Source: a virus
Lineage: Duplodnaviria; Caudoviricetes
Length of the DNA: 64,000 nucleotides
Virus record (IMG/VR): IMGVR_UViG_3300020374_000001
Direction: 5' to 3' (one strand)
Shown: piece by piece, positions 39,501 to 48,335 of the stretch
Layout of the letters: the number at the start of each line of letters is the position of its first letter
Position numbering within the stretch: the first letter of the stretch is position 1
Program-made: the position numbers and the translations under genes
The notes under the pieces: model-generated
What the model saw: only the letters and a program-made list of their open reading frames with translations
Told to the model about the DNA's origin: nothing
The model's database searches: none

Positions 39501-41234
39501 GTTATTTCATTAGACCCTAGTGGTAATATTGCAAAAGCTTCTCCATATATTCAAAACTGCACATCAGCAAACTCTGGTGCTTGTGGTATGCAGATTGATG
39601 GTAACTTGCATAAGAAAACCCATCCATCTTCAAACAAATCAATTTTAGGAAACGACTTTACTCAAATCAATAGTGATGGTATGGGTATTCACATCTTAGG
39701 AAATGGTCGTTGCGAGGCAGTATCAGTATTCGTTTATTATGCTGAGAAGGCCGTATTTGCAGAATCAGGCGGATTTATTAGAGGTCTAAACTGCTCACAC
39801 GCATACGGAGAACGTGCTTGTGTTGCTGCTGGTACAGACGAAGACGAAACACCAGTAAATATTCAAACTAGAGGTTTGATGTTGAAATATAATGCTGCTG
39901 CTATAATATCACCTGCAACTATTTCAGATGTTGAAAATATGATTTCAACACAAGGACAAGGTACTGCTGTTATTCAAGGAGATACTTCAGGCGCAACTGC
40001 TAAAATATTCAGATTTAACACATCTTTACAATACTTACATATAGAAAATATAAGTGGTAATTTCCAAAACGGAGAAACTTGTACAATTGAAAAAGAAGAT
40101 TCATCTACATTCCAAATTACTTTAGATGGTTCTTTTGGTTCACCTGCACAACAAGGTCAAAGAGGACCTTTACTTGCTGTTAAATCAGGTACAACTACAT
40201 TGAACGCAACAGGTTTAATTAAACTTGCTGCTAATATTAAATGTACAGGAGATACAAAATATTATAGAGTTGGGTTAGTATCTGAAGAAGATTTAACTAA
40301 TGGAACGGCAGTAATCAGATTAACTGAAGATATTACATCACTAAAAGCAAAAGGTGATAGTATAGGAACAGATGTTACAACAGGATATTCAAACATTCGT
40401 TTAACAGGCCACGATTTCTTAAATATTGGTACTGGAGATTTCATAACTACAAATTATCCAGGAACACCTACACAACCTGCTGACCAAGATGATGAGATTA
40501 TTGAAGAAGATGGCGGTCGTGTATATTGGGTGTCAACCGACCAACAAGGGGACTTTAGAGTTGGTGATCTATTCAAAATTGAACAGGCAACTGGTACTGC
40601 TACTCTTAACGCAGACGCCTTTAACCTTTCAGGATTAAGTGAATTAAAACTTGGTTCTATCGGTGCAGAATTAGGTGCTTCTGTAAACGAATTTAGTACA
40701 GACGAAACATTAGCAGGAAACTCAAACAATGCTGTTCCTACAGAAAATGCTATATTAGGATATTTAACAAGAGATAAGGCAGGTGTTGGTGCTTGGGTTC
40801 CACCAACAGGAACAACTGCACAAAGACCAATAGGTGGTGCATTGTACACAGGTGCTATAAGATACAATACATCTCTAGTTGCTTGGGAAGGTTATAACGG
40901 ATCAACTTGGACAGGTTTAGGTGGTGGTACACCATACGTAACTATTGTTGGAGATGGTTCTACAATAACCGTTGCAGAAAGTAATCAAAGATTTTTAGTT
41001 AATACTGCTGCTGCTGAGGCAACAATTCAATTACCTAGTGGTCCACTAACTGGAGACGCAGTTACATTTTTAGATTTAAACGGAACATTTGCTACAAACA
41101 AATTAACGGTTGATAGAAACGGAAACGAAATTATGAACCTTGCAGAAAATATGACTGCTGAAACAGATCACGCAGCCTTTACACTAGTTTATACTGGTGC
41201 CGCTAACGGTTGGAAATTATTAGAGGTTGCTTAA
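36573..41234 (+). CDS. Large tail fibre / receptor-binding protein
   Basis: Seven N-terminal Y..xDxVxYGG repeats, WVSPSGSD..PYKTIQYA beta-helix-type start, C-terminal T4 gp34-N-like domain; 1553 aa. Confidence 0.8.
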   Translation: MADFKLGRLKFKWRGDWTTSTGYVIDDIVKYGGNTYVCISNHTSPNNENIFYTSPATYTTNWQLHGESFYYKGAYANSTWYKLNDLVSYGGKQYRVTTAHTSSSAVLDQAKFEQYSDGITFRGDYASSTQYRLNDLVKYGGRTYRVTTEHTSASGGDINIDLAKFTLYSEGLAFLGDWTTTQYYRLDDIVKFGSYQYRCTTAHTSGATADDFAQANFSIYSEGLQFEDSYNASTVYSKGDVVTYGGYSYVYVAAEEASGQTPADNATWDVVTTGFNATGIYSHGTAYKTGDTVQYGGNSYVAILNGTNQYPADTDGTVNSTYWKVVVEGFKWRGTYDAATTYYVGDVVRYSSNSYIQLKDRQVNVTPGSDATVWTILAQGDTAAVLTTRGDLLFESSGGVARLPVGMPGSVLATDGLDVLWTGESGKNILWVSPSGSDSNPGSESLPYKTIQYAATRAKDKSVREVENVTGGTGGTANVYNNVRAIAYKELKVTSVTNTTTFEVQLGTSTYTHTYVSGGTIKKSDNSNLTVTNGPYNHTTGVLTITTSGAHGLSINDLIRVRGLDYTCSIGAKTYPAVGADAFFRVDTNSGAVAVEIQNGTHDHNVGDKLYIDGTLIGNATAPLLMDVKSVAGDILRIKNGTYSEILPLRIRAGISVMGETLRNTRVGPASGNGTQIKTMKVINNPSSGKTNGEYKYIHPSKTEKQFAVLSTPDSTNFTCNIGTSSLVHTYVRGGTVTNAAFGSFTISNVSYDNSTGVATITTSSSHGLSVSDNVKLTGMDFSTLEGTLTLPSVGQGAVFSILVQGNTAVEFNTYHGGAGYSVGDILTLASGDTGGSGDITLQVGSTELNAASNMWLCNDSNNIRNFTFTGLTSKKRAGGLYQVTVTSANSFTVPTATDDLTHNYVSGGNVIIEGAESTDVSIQNYAYAHAAGQITVNTDSNHGLTTGDYVTLAKAKFNITDVGERVIPRGVQMAAVISLDPSGNIAKASPYIQNCTSANSGACGMQIDGNLHKKTHPSSNKSILGNDFTQINSDGMGIHILGNGRCEAVSVFVYYAEKAVFAESGGFIRGLNCSHAYGERACVAAGTDEDETPVNIQTRGLMLKYNAAAIISPATISDVENMISTQGQGTAVIQGDTSGATAKIFRFNTSLQYLHIENISGNFQNGETCTIEKEDSSTFQITLDGSFGSPAQQGQRGPLLAVKSGTTTLNATGLIKLAANIKCTGDTKYYRVGLVSEEDLTNGTAVIRLTEDITSLKAKGDSIGTDVTTGYSNIRLTGHDFLNIGTGDFITTNYPGTPTQPADQDDEIIEEDGGRVYWVSTDQQGDFRVGDLFKIEQATGTATLNADAFNLSGLSELKLGSIGAELGASVNEFSTDETLAGNSNNAVPTENAILGYLTRDKAGVGAWVPPTGTTAQRPIGGALYTGAIRYNTSLVAWEGYNGSTWTGLGGGTPYVTIVGDGSTITVAESNQRFLVNTAAAEATIQLPSGPLTGDAVTFLDLNGTFATNKLTVDRNGNEIMNLAENMTAETDHAAFTLVYTGAANGWKLLEVA
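36606..37700 (+). repeat. Seven tandem ~50-aa carbohydrate-binding-like (CBM5/12-type) repeats
   Basis: WRGDW..YVIDDIVKYGG, YKGAY..YKLNDLVSYGG, FRGDY..YRLNDLVKYGG etc.; boundaries approximate. Confidence 0.8.
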
Positions 41235-41239
41235 TAGGA

Positions 41240-41247
41240 TATAAATA
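41240..41247 (+). promoter_or_regulatory. T4-type late promoter TATAAATA
   Basis: Exact consensus, intergenic. Confidence 0.85.
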
Positions 41248-41252
41248 GACAT

Positions 41253-42743
41253 ATGAGTAAATTAACACAATTCACGGTAACAGGAAAAGAAAAAGATGAT
41301 TTCTACGGTTTTCATATCGCAGGAATTAGTAATCAACAAGTAAGAAAAGTAATTACTAAACTTATTACTGGTACAAATACAAATCATAGTATTTACGAAT
41401 ATACTTTAGGTACTGCATATGATTCTAGTACGGCTACATTTTCTACTTCAACATCTTTAGTTAGAAACAATGCTGAAAACTCTACTCAATCTGGCAAATC
41501 AGACTTACACGGTATTACTTGGAATAACAACGGTACAAAATTATATGCTGTTGATAAGTTTCACGCAAGAATAATACAATACTCTTTATCAAGTGCTTAT
41601 GATGTTACATCAATAAGTTACGAAAAAGAAGTAGATATATCTGCTGAAGGTCAAAGTCCTGTTGCAATGTGTTTTAACAATGACGGTACAAAAATGTTTG
41701 TTAGTGAAATTGGCGGATCAACTGCTGAGGCTTCACCTCAAATTACTGCTGGTAATATTAACGAATATACTCTTTCAGGTGCTTATGATGTATCTACAAG
41801 AACATACTCAAAAAGATTATCTGTTGCTAGTGAAGACGCTAATATGTTAGATTTAGAATTTAATAAAGTTGCTAGAGGTGCTGTAAACCCAGGAGAATTA
41901 TTATTTACGTTAGGTGATGATGGAAATGATGTTAATGAATATCTATTAACAACTGCTTATGATCTTTCAACTGCTTCATTTGTTGACGCACATTCAATTG
42001 CTACTGAAGAATCAGATCCAAGAGGATTAGCATTTGATGATGATGGCGATAGACTTTATGTTGGTGGTAATACTGGTAATGATGTTAACCAATATCCATT
42101 AGTAACTGGTTATGACATATCTACTACACAGGCATTAACTTCAAATACTGCTTTTAGAACAAATAATATTGGTCCTAAAGGACTTTTATTTAATTCAAAT
42201 GGAACAAAAATGTATGTTATCGGTCACGGTGGAACATTATGCGTTGATAATGGTGATGACGAAAAACCAATTACACACATAACTAGAACAAGAAACGATA
42301 TTACATTATACGAAGGATTTACTTATATATTTGATGTATCAGATACTAATTTAACACAATCAGACTTTAAATTTTCAACAACTGCTGGTGGAACAAAGTC
42401 AGGTGGTACTGAATATACAACTAATGTAACAACTAACGGAACAATAGGTACTGCTGGTTCAACGGTAACTATACAAATACCTAAAAAGGGCGTAAGTACG
42501 GTTCCAGGTAGTGCTGTTGCAACATTATATTACTACGAAAGTAATTTTACTGATACTGGTGGTAAACTATACACACCAGAATGGAAAGGTGAATTACAAA
42601 TAACAAAGACCGACGGTAAAGATAACCTAGAAACACGTTTTGAAACTAAAGAACAAGAGGATATATTCAAAAATAGTTTCTTTATGAGGGCTGGTCTGAC
42701 TTTTAGTGTTGATAACGGAGACTTAAAAGTAGAATTAAATTAA
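41253..42743 (+). CDS. Beta-propeller virion protein with degenerate cupredoxin-like domain
   Basis: Five (E/Q)YxLxxxYDxST blades with FNNDGTKMF motifs; C-terminal ITLYEGFTYIFD..LYYY module. Confidence 0.72.
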   Translation: MSKLTQFTVTGKEKDDFYGFHIAGISNQQVRKVITKLITGTNTNHSIYEYTLGTAYDSSTATFSTSTSLVRNNAENSTQSGKSDLHGITWNNNGTKLYAVDKFHARIIQYSLSSAYDVTSISYEKEVDISAEGQSPVAMCFNNDGTKMFVSEIGGSTAEASPQITAGNINEYTLSGAYDVSTRTYSKRLSVASEDANMLDLEFNKVARGAVNPGELLFTLGDDGNDVNEYLLTTAYDLSTASFVDAHSIATEESDPRGLAFDDDGDRLYVGGNTGNDVNQYPLVTGYDISTTQALTSNTAFRTNNIGPKGLLFNSNGTKMYVIGHGGTLCVDNGDDEKPITHITRTRNDITLYEGFTYIFDVSDTNLTQSDFKFSTTAGGTKSGGTEYTTNVTTNGTIGTAGSTVTIQIPKKGVSTVPGSAVATLYYYESNFTDTGGKLYTPEWKGELQITKTDGKDNLETRFETKEQEDIFKNSFFMRAGLTFSVDNGDLKVELN

Positions 42744-42773
42744 AAATTTTTTATAATTGAAGGTATAAACGAT

Positions 42774-42787
42774 TATAAATATAAATA
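42774..42787 (+). promoter_or_regulatory. Overlapping tandem late promoters TATAAATATAAATA
   Basis: Two overlapping exact consensus copies, intergenic. Confidence 0.8.
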
Positions 42788-42808
42788 GAAATAAGGAAAA
42801 TTAGAATT

Positions 42809-43435
42809 ATGGCAACAATAAATTTAGGTAGAATTAAACCAGTATTTCAAGGTGCTTATAACGCTTCAACTGCTTATGTTGTTGACGATATAGTAACTTT
42901 TGGTGGTGAATCATTCATCTGTATTTTAGCTTCAACTGGTAATGCAACTTCAAACGCAACTTACTGGTCAAAAATCGCTAAAAAAGGTGATGATGTAACA
43001 CAATTAACAACACACGGAGATTTCTTATTTAGAGATGCTACTGGTGTACAAAGACTTGCCGCTGGAACAAGTGGACAAGTATTACAAACTAAAGGTGCTG
43101 GTCAGGATCCTATATGGGCAGACGCAACTTCCATAAATTGGTCTACAAAGACTGCTAATTTTACTGCTGTATCTGGTGGTGCTTACATAGGTAACACAAC
43201 AGACGGTGCTTTTACAATGACTTTACCTGCAAACCCTAATGATAATGATTATGTAATTATTGCTGATGGTTTCGGTAAGTGGGATATTGCAAATTTAACA
43301 ATTGCAAGAAACGGAAACAACATCGCTGGAGAGGCTGCTGATCTAATCGGTGACGCTAAATATGCAAGTGTTAGACTTGTATTTAAAACAACTCCAGACG
43401 TAACATCTTCTTTTATTGGTTGGGTAATAACGTAA
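42809..43435 (+). CDS. Short tail fibre adaptor (miniature paralog of 36573)
   Basis: One CBM-like repeat, LTTHGD..RLAAGTSGQVL linker, gp34-N-like domain. Confidence 0.72.
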   Translation: MATINLGRIKPVFQGAYNASTAYVVDDIVTFGGESFICILASTGNATSNATYWSKIAKKGDDVTQLTTHGDFLFRDATGVQRLAAGTSGQVLQTKGAGQDPIWADATSINWSTKTANFTAVSGGAYIGNTTDGAFTMTLPANPNDNDYVIIADGFGKWDIANLTIARNGNNIAGEAADLIGDAKYASVRLVFKTTPDVTSSFIGWVIT

Positions 43436-43453
43436 TATGAAGAAGATAAATAA

Positions 43454-43461
43454 TATAAATA
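43454..43461 (+). promoter_or_regulatory. T4-type late promoter TATAAATA
   Basis: Exact consensus, preceded by GATAAATA. Confidence 0.85.
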
Positions 43462-43491
43462 ATTTAATAGAAAATTCAGGAGATCAATTCA

Positions 43492-44985
43492 ATGGCTAGT
43501 TTATCAAATTTACTTGGCGGATCAAGTGGTGGTGCTGACCACAGAAAAGAGGGACTTCCATTATTCGGAATATGGGGAGATAACTCTGACCAAAACCACA
43601 ACGTCAACTATCGTATTTACGATTCAGGTTTCAATAATGTAGGGTCACCTTGGGCTGCAGTATGTAACTCAACAACTAACTACCGATTCGGTATGTTATC
43701 AGACGCTTCACACTCATATTCTTACAATGACCACGGTACCGATGTATCGCATTGTAATTTAACATCACAAGACTATACGACTTGGACTTGTTACAACAAA
43801 TCAATTTATCAATGTGACCAATATCCTTGGGCACAATATTACACATCATCTAAAGATGGTTTTATATCTTGGCACTCATATCACCAAATGTCCACTTCAT
43901 TTGAATTTACATCTGCTTGGACAAAATTAAATCACGTCCTACCTGAAGGGATCAGACCAAGAAGATTATTTACAAATAGATTACAGACTATGAGAGAAAT
44001 GAACCCAGGACAGGCTGCAGGAAATGGTCAAATAGACTATTACGATTATTCTGCTAAAATGTTAGATACAACTAACACATACTCTACAGGTACTGGATAT
44101 AACGAGAAAAACAAAATGCTTGTTATGGTTCACTCTGCTGATGAAACTAGTGGCACTGCTAAAACAATTCACATTTTCAAATCAAGTAAGTGTTTAAACA
44201 AAGTTGACAGAATTAAAGATTACTTTGACGCTGTAACTTCAACTGAATACTTTACTGACACTTGGACAATTAACAACAACAAAAACATTTGTGTTGCTGT
44301 TGGTAATAACGAGTGGGTTGGTTTTGGATACAAACACGGTAACTCAATGAAATACGTTGCTTACAATTGTAAGAACGGACAATCATTGGGAACTACTGCT
44401 GCTGCTAGAGTTTATATCGGCTTCCAAGATTTTGCTGGTTCAACTACAACATCTTATAGTGCTGAAAACTCTAACTATCTTTACACTAAATTTAATCACA
44501 CTTGGGACGGTACTTGGGGAATGATTTACGGTTCTTATTACTACTACGGAGTTGGTATTAACGGATTCTGTATGAGTTTAGAAAATCCTAGAAAATTCAT
44601 AAGTATTAACCAAACTAAATCAAGTAGGGGAAATCCTTATATGGCTTGGGGTAAAACAGGATTCCACGGTGGTTATTCTGATAACACAGACGGAGAATCT
44701 TGGAGAACATATTGTTGGTCATTTGATCCTAAAGACTCAGATCACACGGTAGATACTAGAGTTTACTACGGAAATGACAATAGTAATACTACAAACCCTG
44801 CTACTAACGGTGCTTCTACATCTACAACGGTTACAAACAAAACAGGTAACTACGGATTAACTTCATCTTACAACTACTTACACGGTGGCTTCTACTCTAC
44901 GGTATATCCTCTAATGTGTCAAATTGATTGGTGGGGTAATTTTGGTAATGGTGATAGTAGATACGGTGGAAAACACGGCGAATAA
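43492..44985 (+). CDS. Aromatic-rich hypothetical virion protein, possible receptor-binding tip
   Basis: MASLSNLLGG start, Y/W/N/G/S/T-rich, late promoter, end of the fibre cluster. Confidence 0.55.
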   Translation: MASLSNLLGGSSGGADHRKEGLPLFGIWGDNSDQNHNVNYRIYDSGFNNVGSPWAAVCNSTTNYRFGMLSDASHSYSYNDHGTDVSHCNLTSQDYTTWTCYNKSIYQCDQYPWAQYYTSSKDGFISWHSYHQMSTSFEFTSAWTKLNHVLPEGIRPRRLFTNRLQTMREMNPGQAAGNGQIDYYDYSAKMLDTTNTYSTGTGYNEKNKMLVMVHSADETSGTAKTIHIFKSSKCLNKVDRIKDYFDAVTSTEYFTDTWTINNNKNICVAVGNNEWVGFGYKHGNSMKYVAYNCKNGQSLGTTAAARVYIGFQDFAGSTTTSYSAENSNYLYTKFNHTWDGTWGMIYGSYYYYGVGINGFCMSLENPRKFISINQTKSSRGNPYMAWGKTGFHGGYSDNTDGESWRTYCWSFDPKDSDHTVDTRVYYGNDNSNTTNPATNGASTSTTVTNKTGNYGLTSSYNYLHGGFYSTVYPLMCQIDWWGNFGNGDSRYGGKHGE

Positions 44986-45008
44986 TTAACATAGAAGGAA
45001 CATAAAAA

Positions 45009-45287
45009 ATGGATTATTATTTTAATATTGCAACTAAAGAACCTTTTACTGGTAATACGGTTGCTGGTGATGACGCAGTTGCAAAAGGTATCGCAGTTAA
45101 AAAGACTGGTATTGCTGATGTTGAGTCTTGGAGATTATCTTTAGACGATAGTGGCAATGTAGTTATATTTGCTGAAGGTAAAAACGAAACAGACGCTCAG
45201 ACTCAAAAAGAAGAAGAAAGAGCTGCTGCTACTGCTGCTGACAAGACAAAAGAAACAGAATTAGAAGCTGCAAGAGCGGCAGAATAA
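45009..45287 (+). CDS. Small acidic hypothetical protein (possible fibre chaperone)
   Basis: 92-aa ORF with AAGGA RBS; function inferred from position only. Confidence 0.55.
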   Translation: MDYYFNIATKEPFTGNTVAGDDAVAKGIAVKKTGIADVESWRLSLDDSGNVVIFAEGKNETDAQTQKEEERAAATAADKTKETELEAARAAE

Positions 45288-45317
45288 TTCTAACTTTTAA
45301 ATTGCTGGTTTTATATT

Positions 45318-45980
45318 ATGGCTTATGACATCAAAGAGCTCACAAAAGAGATTCATCAAAACGCAGAGCGACAAGAGTTTGTAAAAACTTTAATGAGTGG
45401 TACGATTCGTCCAGAATTGTACGCTATCTATCTCTATAATCAATTACAATGTTATTCTGTACTAGAAAAGTATGGAATGGCAAATGATTTGTTTAGACAA
45501 ACACCTGGTCTACAAAGAGCAGAAAACATACATAGAGATTACAAAAAGTTGTGGCCTGATCTATCAAATCCACCACAAATAACTCCTAGTACACAAGCAT
45601 ACGTTAAACACATAGAAACTATACAAGACGATCCTGAAAAACTATACGGACATATTTACGTTAGACATTTAGGTGATCTATCTGGTGGTCAAATGATTTC
45701 TAAAAAAGTACCTGTAAAAGGTTATTATGATTTTTTAGGTAAAGGACAAGAATATAAAAGAATAGTTAAAGAAATCATCAATGAATATTTAAACACTTAT
45801 CAAATTAATGTGATGGCTGAAGTAACTTATTGTTTTGAATCTGCTACAGAATTGTTTAAAGAGATGAATGAAATTAATAAACCTTTAGTATTAACTAATG
45901 AAGTTTTTGAATTTACAAGTGATAATAGAGATACCGAAAATGATCCTTTCAAAGGAACAGACATTGAAGGTAAAGATTAA
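45318..45980 (+). CDS. hemO: Heme oxygenase
   Basis: TKEIHQNAE proximal His helix; HIYVRHLGDLSGGQ distal helix. Confidence 0.93.
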   Translation: MAYDIKELTKEIHQNAERQEFVKTLMSGTIRPELYAIYLYNQLQCYSVLEKYGMANDLFRQTPGLQRAENIHRDYKKLWPDLSNPPQITPSTQAYVKHIETIQDDPEKLYGHIYVRHLGDLSGGQMISKKVPVKGYYDFLGKGQEYKRIVKEIINEYLNTYQINVMAEVTYCFESATELFKEMNEINKPLVLTNEVFEFTSDNRDTENDPFKGTDIEGKD

Positions 45981-46660
45981 TGATTTGGGAAAGATTAATT
46001 AAACTAGAAAAAGAAATCATAGAAGTTTTAGACAAACATTTAACAGAATACAAAGAACCAGGTATGGATAGATTTAATAAACCTGGTTGGACAAATCGTA
46101 CTTGGTCTAATATGAGTATCAGACGAGCACACGTTGATGTAGTTGACGCCAGAGAAACTAAAGGATTATGGATGGCACATATATGTTTATTTCCTATGAA
46201 AAAAAATGGCGGACCTATTTACGGTTTTGATATTATTGCAGGTAAGAATAAAATTACAGGTGCGTTCCACGATTTTTCTCCATTACTAAAGAAAGAACAC
46301 CCATTAACAAGATGGTTTATAGAAGAAAACAAATGGTTTAAACCATCAAAAGTAAGAGAATTACCTGATTGGGCAAAAGCAATCTTTAGTGAAGGTATGA
46401 TTGCTGCTGGTAATGTAAGAGAAGAAAAAGAATTAGAACAAATTTGTACTTTAGCATTATCTAATTTAAACGCATATATTGATAAAATAGGACATTTTAA
46501 TAGTGATTCTAACGAGGAAGATGTCATAAGAGCACAAAATTTTTATTGTGAAAATCAACAAAAGAATCCTCACACCCCTAAAACTATGCAATCACTAGGG
46601 TTACCTGAAGAAGATATTAAGTTGTTTTGTGCTGATAATCTCTTTCCTACCATTAAATAA
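45980..46660 (+). CDS. pcyX: Ferredoxin-dependent bilin reductase (PcyX/PcyA-like)
   Basis: RRAHVD, WMAHICLFP, PIYGFD, GAFHDFSP, RELPDWA.IFS, QQKNPHT; coupled to hemO. Confidence 0.85.
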   Translation: MIWERLIKLEKEIIEVLDKHLTEYKEPGMDRFNKPGWTNRTWSNMSIRRAHVDVVDARETKGLWMAHICLFPMKKNGGPIYGFDIIAGKNKITGAFHDFSPLLKKEHPLTRWFIEENKWFKPSKVRELPDWAKAIFSEGMIAAGNVREEKELEQICTLALSNLNAYIDKIGHFNSDSNEEDVIRAQNFYCENQQKNPHTPKTMQSLGLPEEDIKLFCADNLFPTIK

Positions 46661-46664
46661 ATCT

Positions 46665-46672
46665 TATAAATA
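46665..46672 (+). promoter_or_regulatory. T4-type late promoter TATAAATA
   Basis: Exact consensus before gp13. Confidence 0.85.
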
Positions 46673-46693
46673 GTATAAAAGATAAGGATTTTT

Positions 46694-47515
46694 ATGGCAG
46701 TACCAGCTACAAGAGAAACATTAAAGCAATACGCATTAAGAGCATTGGGTAAACCAGTAATTGAAATTAATGCTGATGACGACCAATTAGAAGATAGAAT
46801 AGACGAAGCAGTACAATACTTTCAGCAATTTCATTCTGATGGTATTAGAAGAACATATCTAAAATACAAATTAACTGCTGCTGACAAAGCTCGTTTGTCA
46901 GGTTTAAATCAGGAAAGTGAAACAAAGACAGATTTAAAAGATTCAAGTGTTTCAACAACTTGGTACGAAGATAAGAATTATCTCGTTGTTCCTGAAACCG
47001 TTTTATCTGTAATTAATATATTTCCATTCTCAAATAAAGGTAATATGAATCTATTTGATGTTAGGTATCAATTAAGATTAAATGACCTTTATGATTTTTC
47101 TTCTACATCTATAATCAACTATGATGTTGTATTAAGACATTTAGATTTTTTAGACCATATATTAGTAGGTGAAAAACCTATGAGATTTAATCAACACGAT
47201 AATAGATTATATATTGATATGGATTGGAAAAATGATTTAGACGAAGATGAATGGTTAGTAATAGAATGTTATAGAAGATTAGACCCTAACACTTATACAG
47301 ATATTTTTAATGACATATATTTAAAAAGATATGTAACTGCTTTATTTAAAAAACAATGGGGTGCTAACTTATCTAAATTCAATGGAGTTGCAATGGTTGG
47401 TGGCGTAACTTTAAATGGACAACAAATATATTCTGAAGCACTTACTGATATAGAAAAATTAGAAACAGAAATAAGAACTACTTACGAATTAAACCCAGCC
47501 TTTATGATAGGATAA
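46694..47515 (+). CDS. gp13: Neck protein gp13
   Basis: LRALGKPVIEIN, KKQWGANLSKF, GGVTLNG. Confidence 0.93.
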   Translation: MAVPATRETLKQYALRALGKPVIEINADDDQLEDRIDEAVQYFQQFHSDGIRRTYLKYKLTAADKARLSGLNQESETKTDLKDSSVSTTWYEDKNYLVVPETVLSVINIFPFSNKGNMNLFDVRYQLRLNDLYDFSSTSIINYDVVLRHLDFLDHILVGEKPMRFNQHDNRLYIDMDWKNDLDEDEWLVIECYRRLDPNTYTDIFNDIYLKRYVTALFKKQWGANLSKFNGVAMVGGVTLNGQQIYSEALTDIEKLETEIRTTYELNPAFMIG

Positions 47516-47519
47516 TACT

Positions 47520-48335
47520 ATGCCAGTTAATCATTACTTTCAAGGTGGCAACGGTATAGGTAATCAAAACGAAAAAAGACTTTACGAAGATTTAATTGTA
47601 GAGGGTCTTAAAATTTACGGCCACGATGTTTATTACCTACCGAGAACACTAGTCAATAGAGATTTAATTCTAGGAGAAGATACTACTTCTAGGTTTGATG
47701 ACTCTTGGATGGTTGAAATGTATGTTGAATCAACTGAAGGTTTTGCAGGTCAACAAGAAATAGTTTCAAAATTTGGTTTAGAGATTAGAGAAGATACTAC
47801 ATTTATGGTATCTAAAAGAGCGTGGGAATATCACGTTGGTTTAAAAGATAGTTTAATTGCTACAGGTAGACCAAACGAAGGTGATATAATTTACTATCCT
47901 TTAATGAACTCATTTTTTGAGATTCAATTTGTTGAAGATCAGGAACCTTTCTTTGCATTAGGTCAATTACCAGTTTACAAATTAAGAGTAACACGTTGGG
48001 AATACTCTAGTGAAAAACTAGATACAGGTTTAGAAGTTATAGATGGTGCTGAAGACAAATACACTTTAGATCAATTAAATTATAAGTTTAGTTTAGAAAG
48101 TGGTCAAGTTGCTTTAGATGGTGAAGGATCAATAAGATTAGAACAAGACTTACCTACAGGTGAACCACAATTTTTAATGAACGAAGACTTTACAGCATCC
48201 GTATTACAAACACAATCAGCATATGCGTCTAATACAGATTTAGATACTGAAGCAGGATTTGATACATCATCAGCATTAGATGATATATTAGACTTTACTG
48301 AAAGAAATCCTTTTGGAGATGAGGACTCAGCATAA
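47520..48335 (+). CDS. gp14: Neck protein gp14
   Basis: YGHDVYYLPR, SKFGLEIR, RPNEGDIIY, DFTERNPFG. Confidence 0.93.
   Translation: MPVNHYFQGGNGIGNQNEKRLYEDLIVEGLKIYGHDVYYLPRTLVNRDLILGEDTTSRFDDSWMVEMYVESTEGFAGQQEIVSKFGLEIREDTTFMVSKRAWEYHVGLKDSLIATGRPNEGDIIYYPLMNSFFEIQFVEDQEPFFALGQLPVYKLRVTRWEYSSEKLDTGLEVIDGAEDKYTLDQLNYKFSLESGQVALDGEGSIRLEQDLPTGEPQFLMNEDFTASVLQTQSAYASNTDLDTEAGFDTSSALDDILDFTERNPFGDEDSA

Noticed and set aside
45318-46660. Cyanophage assignment from heme oxygenase + bilin reductase
   Set aside because: The reductase looks PcyX-like, and no psbA, hli, cpeT or other cyanophage markers are in the window; a non-cyanobacterial host is favoured but not proven
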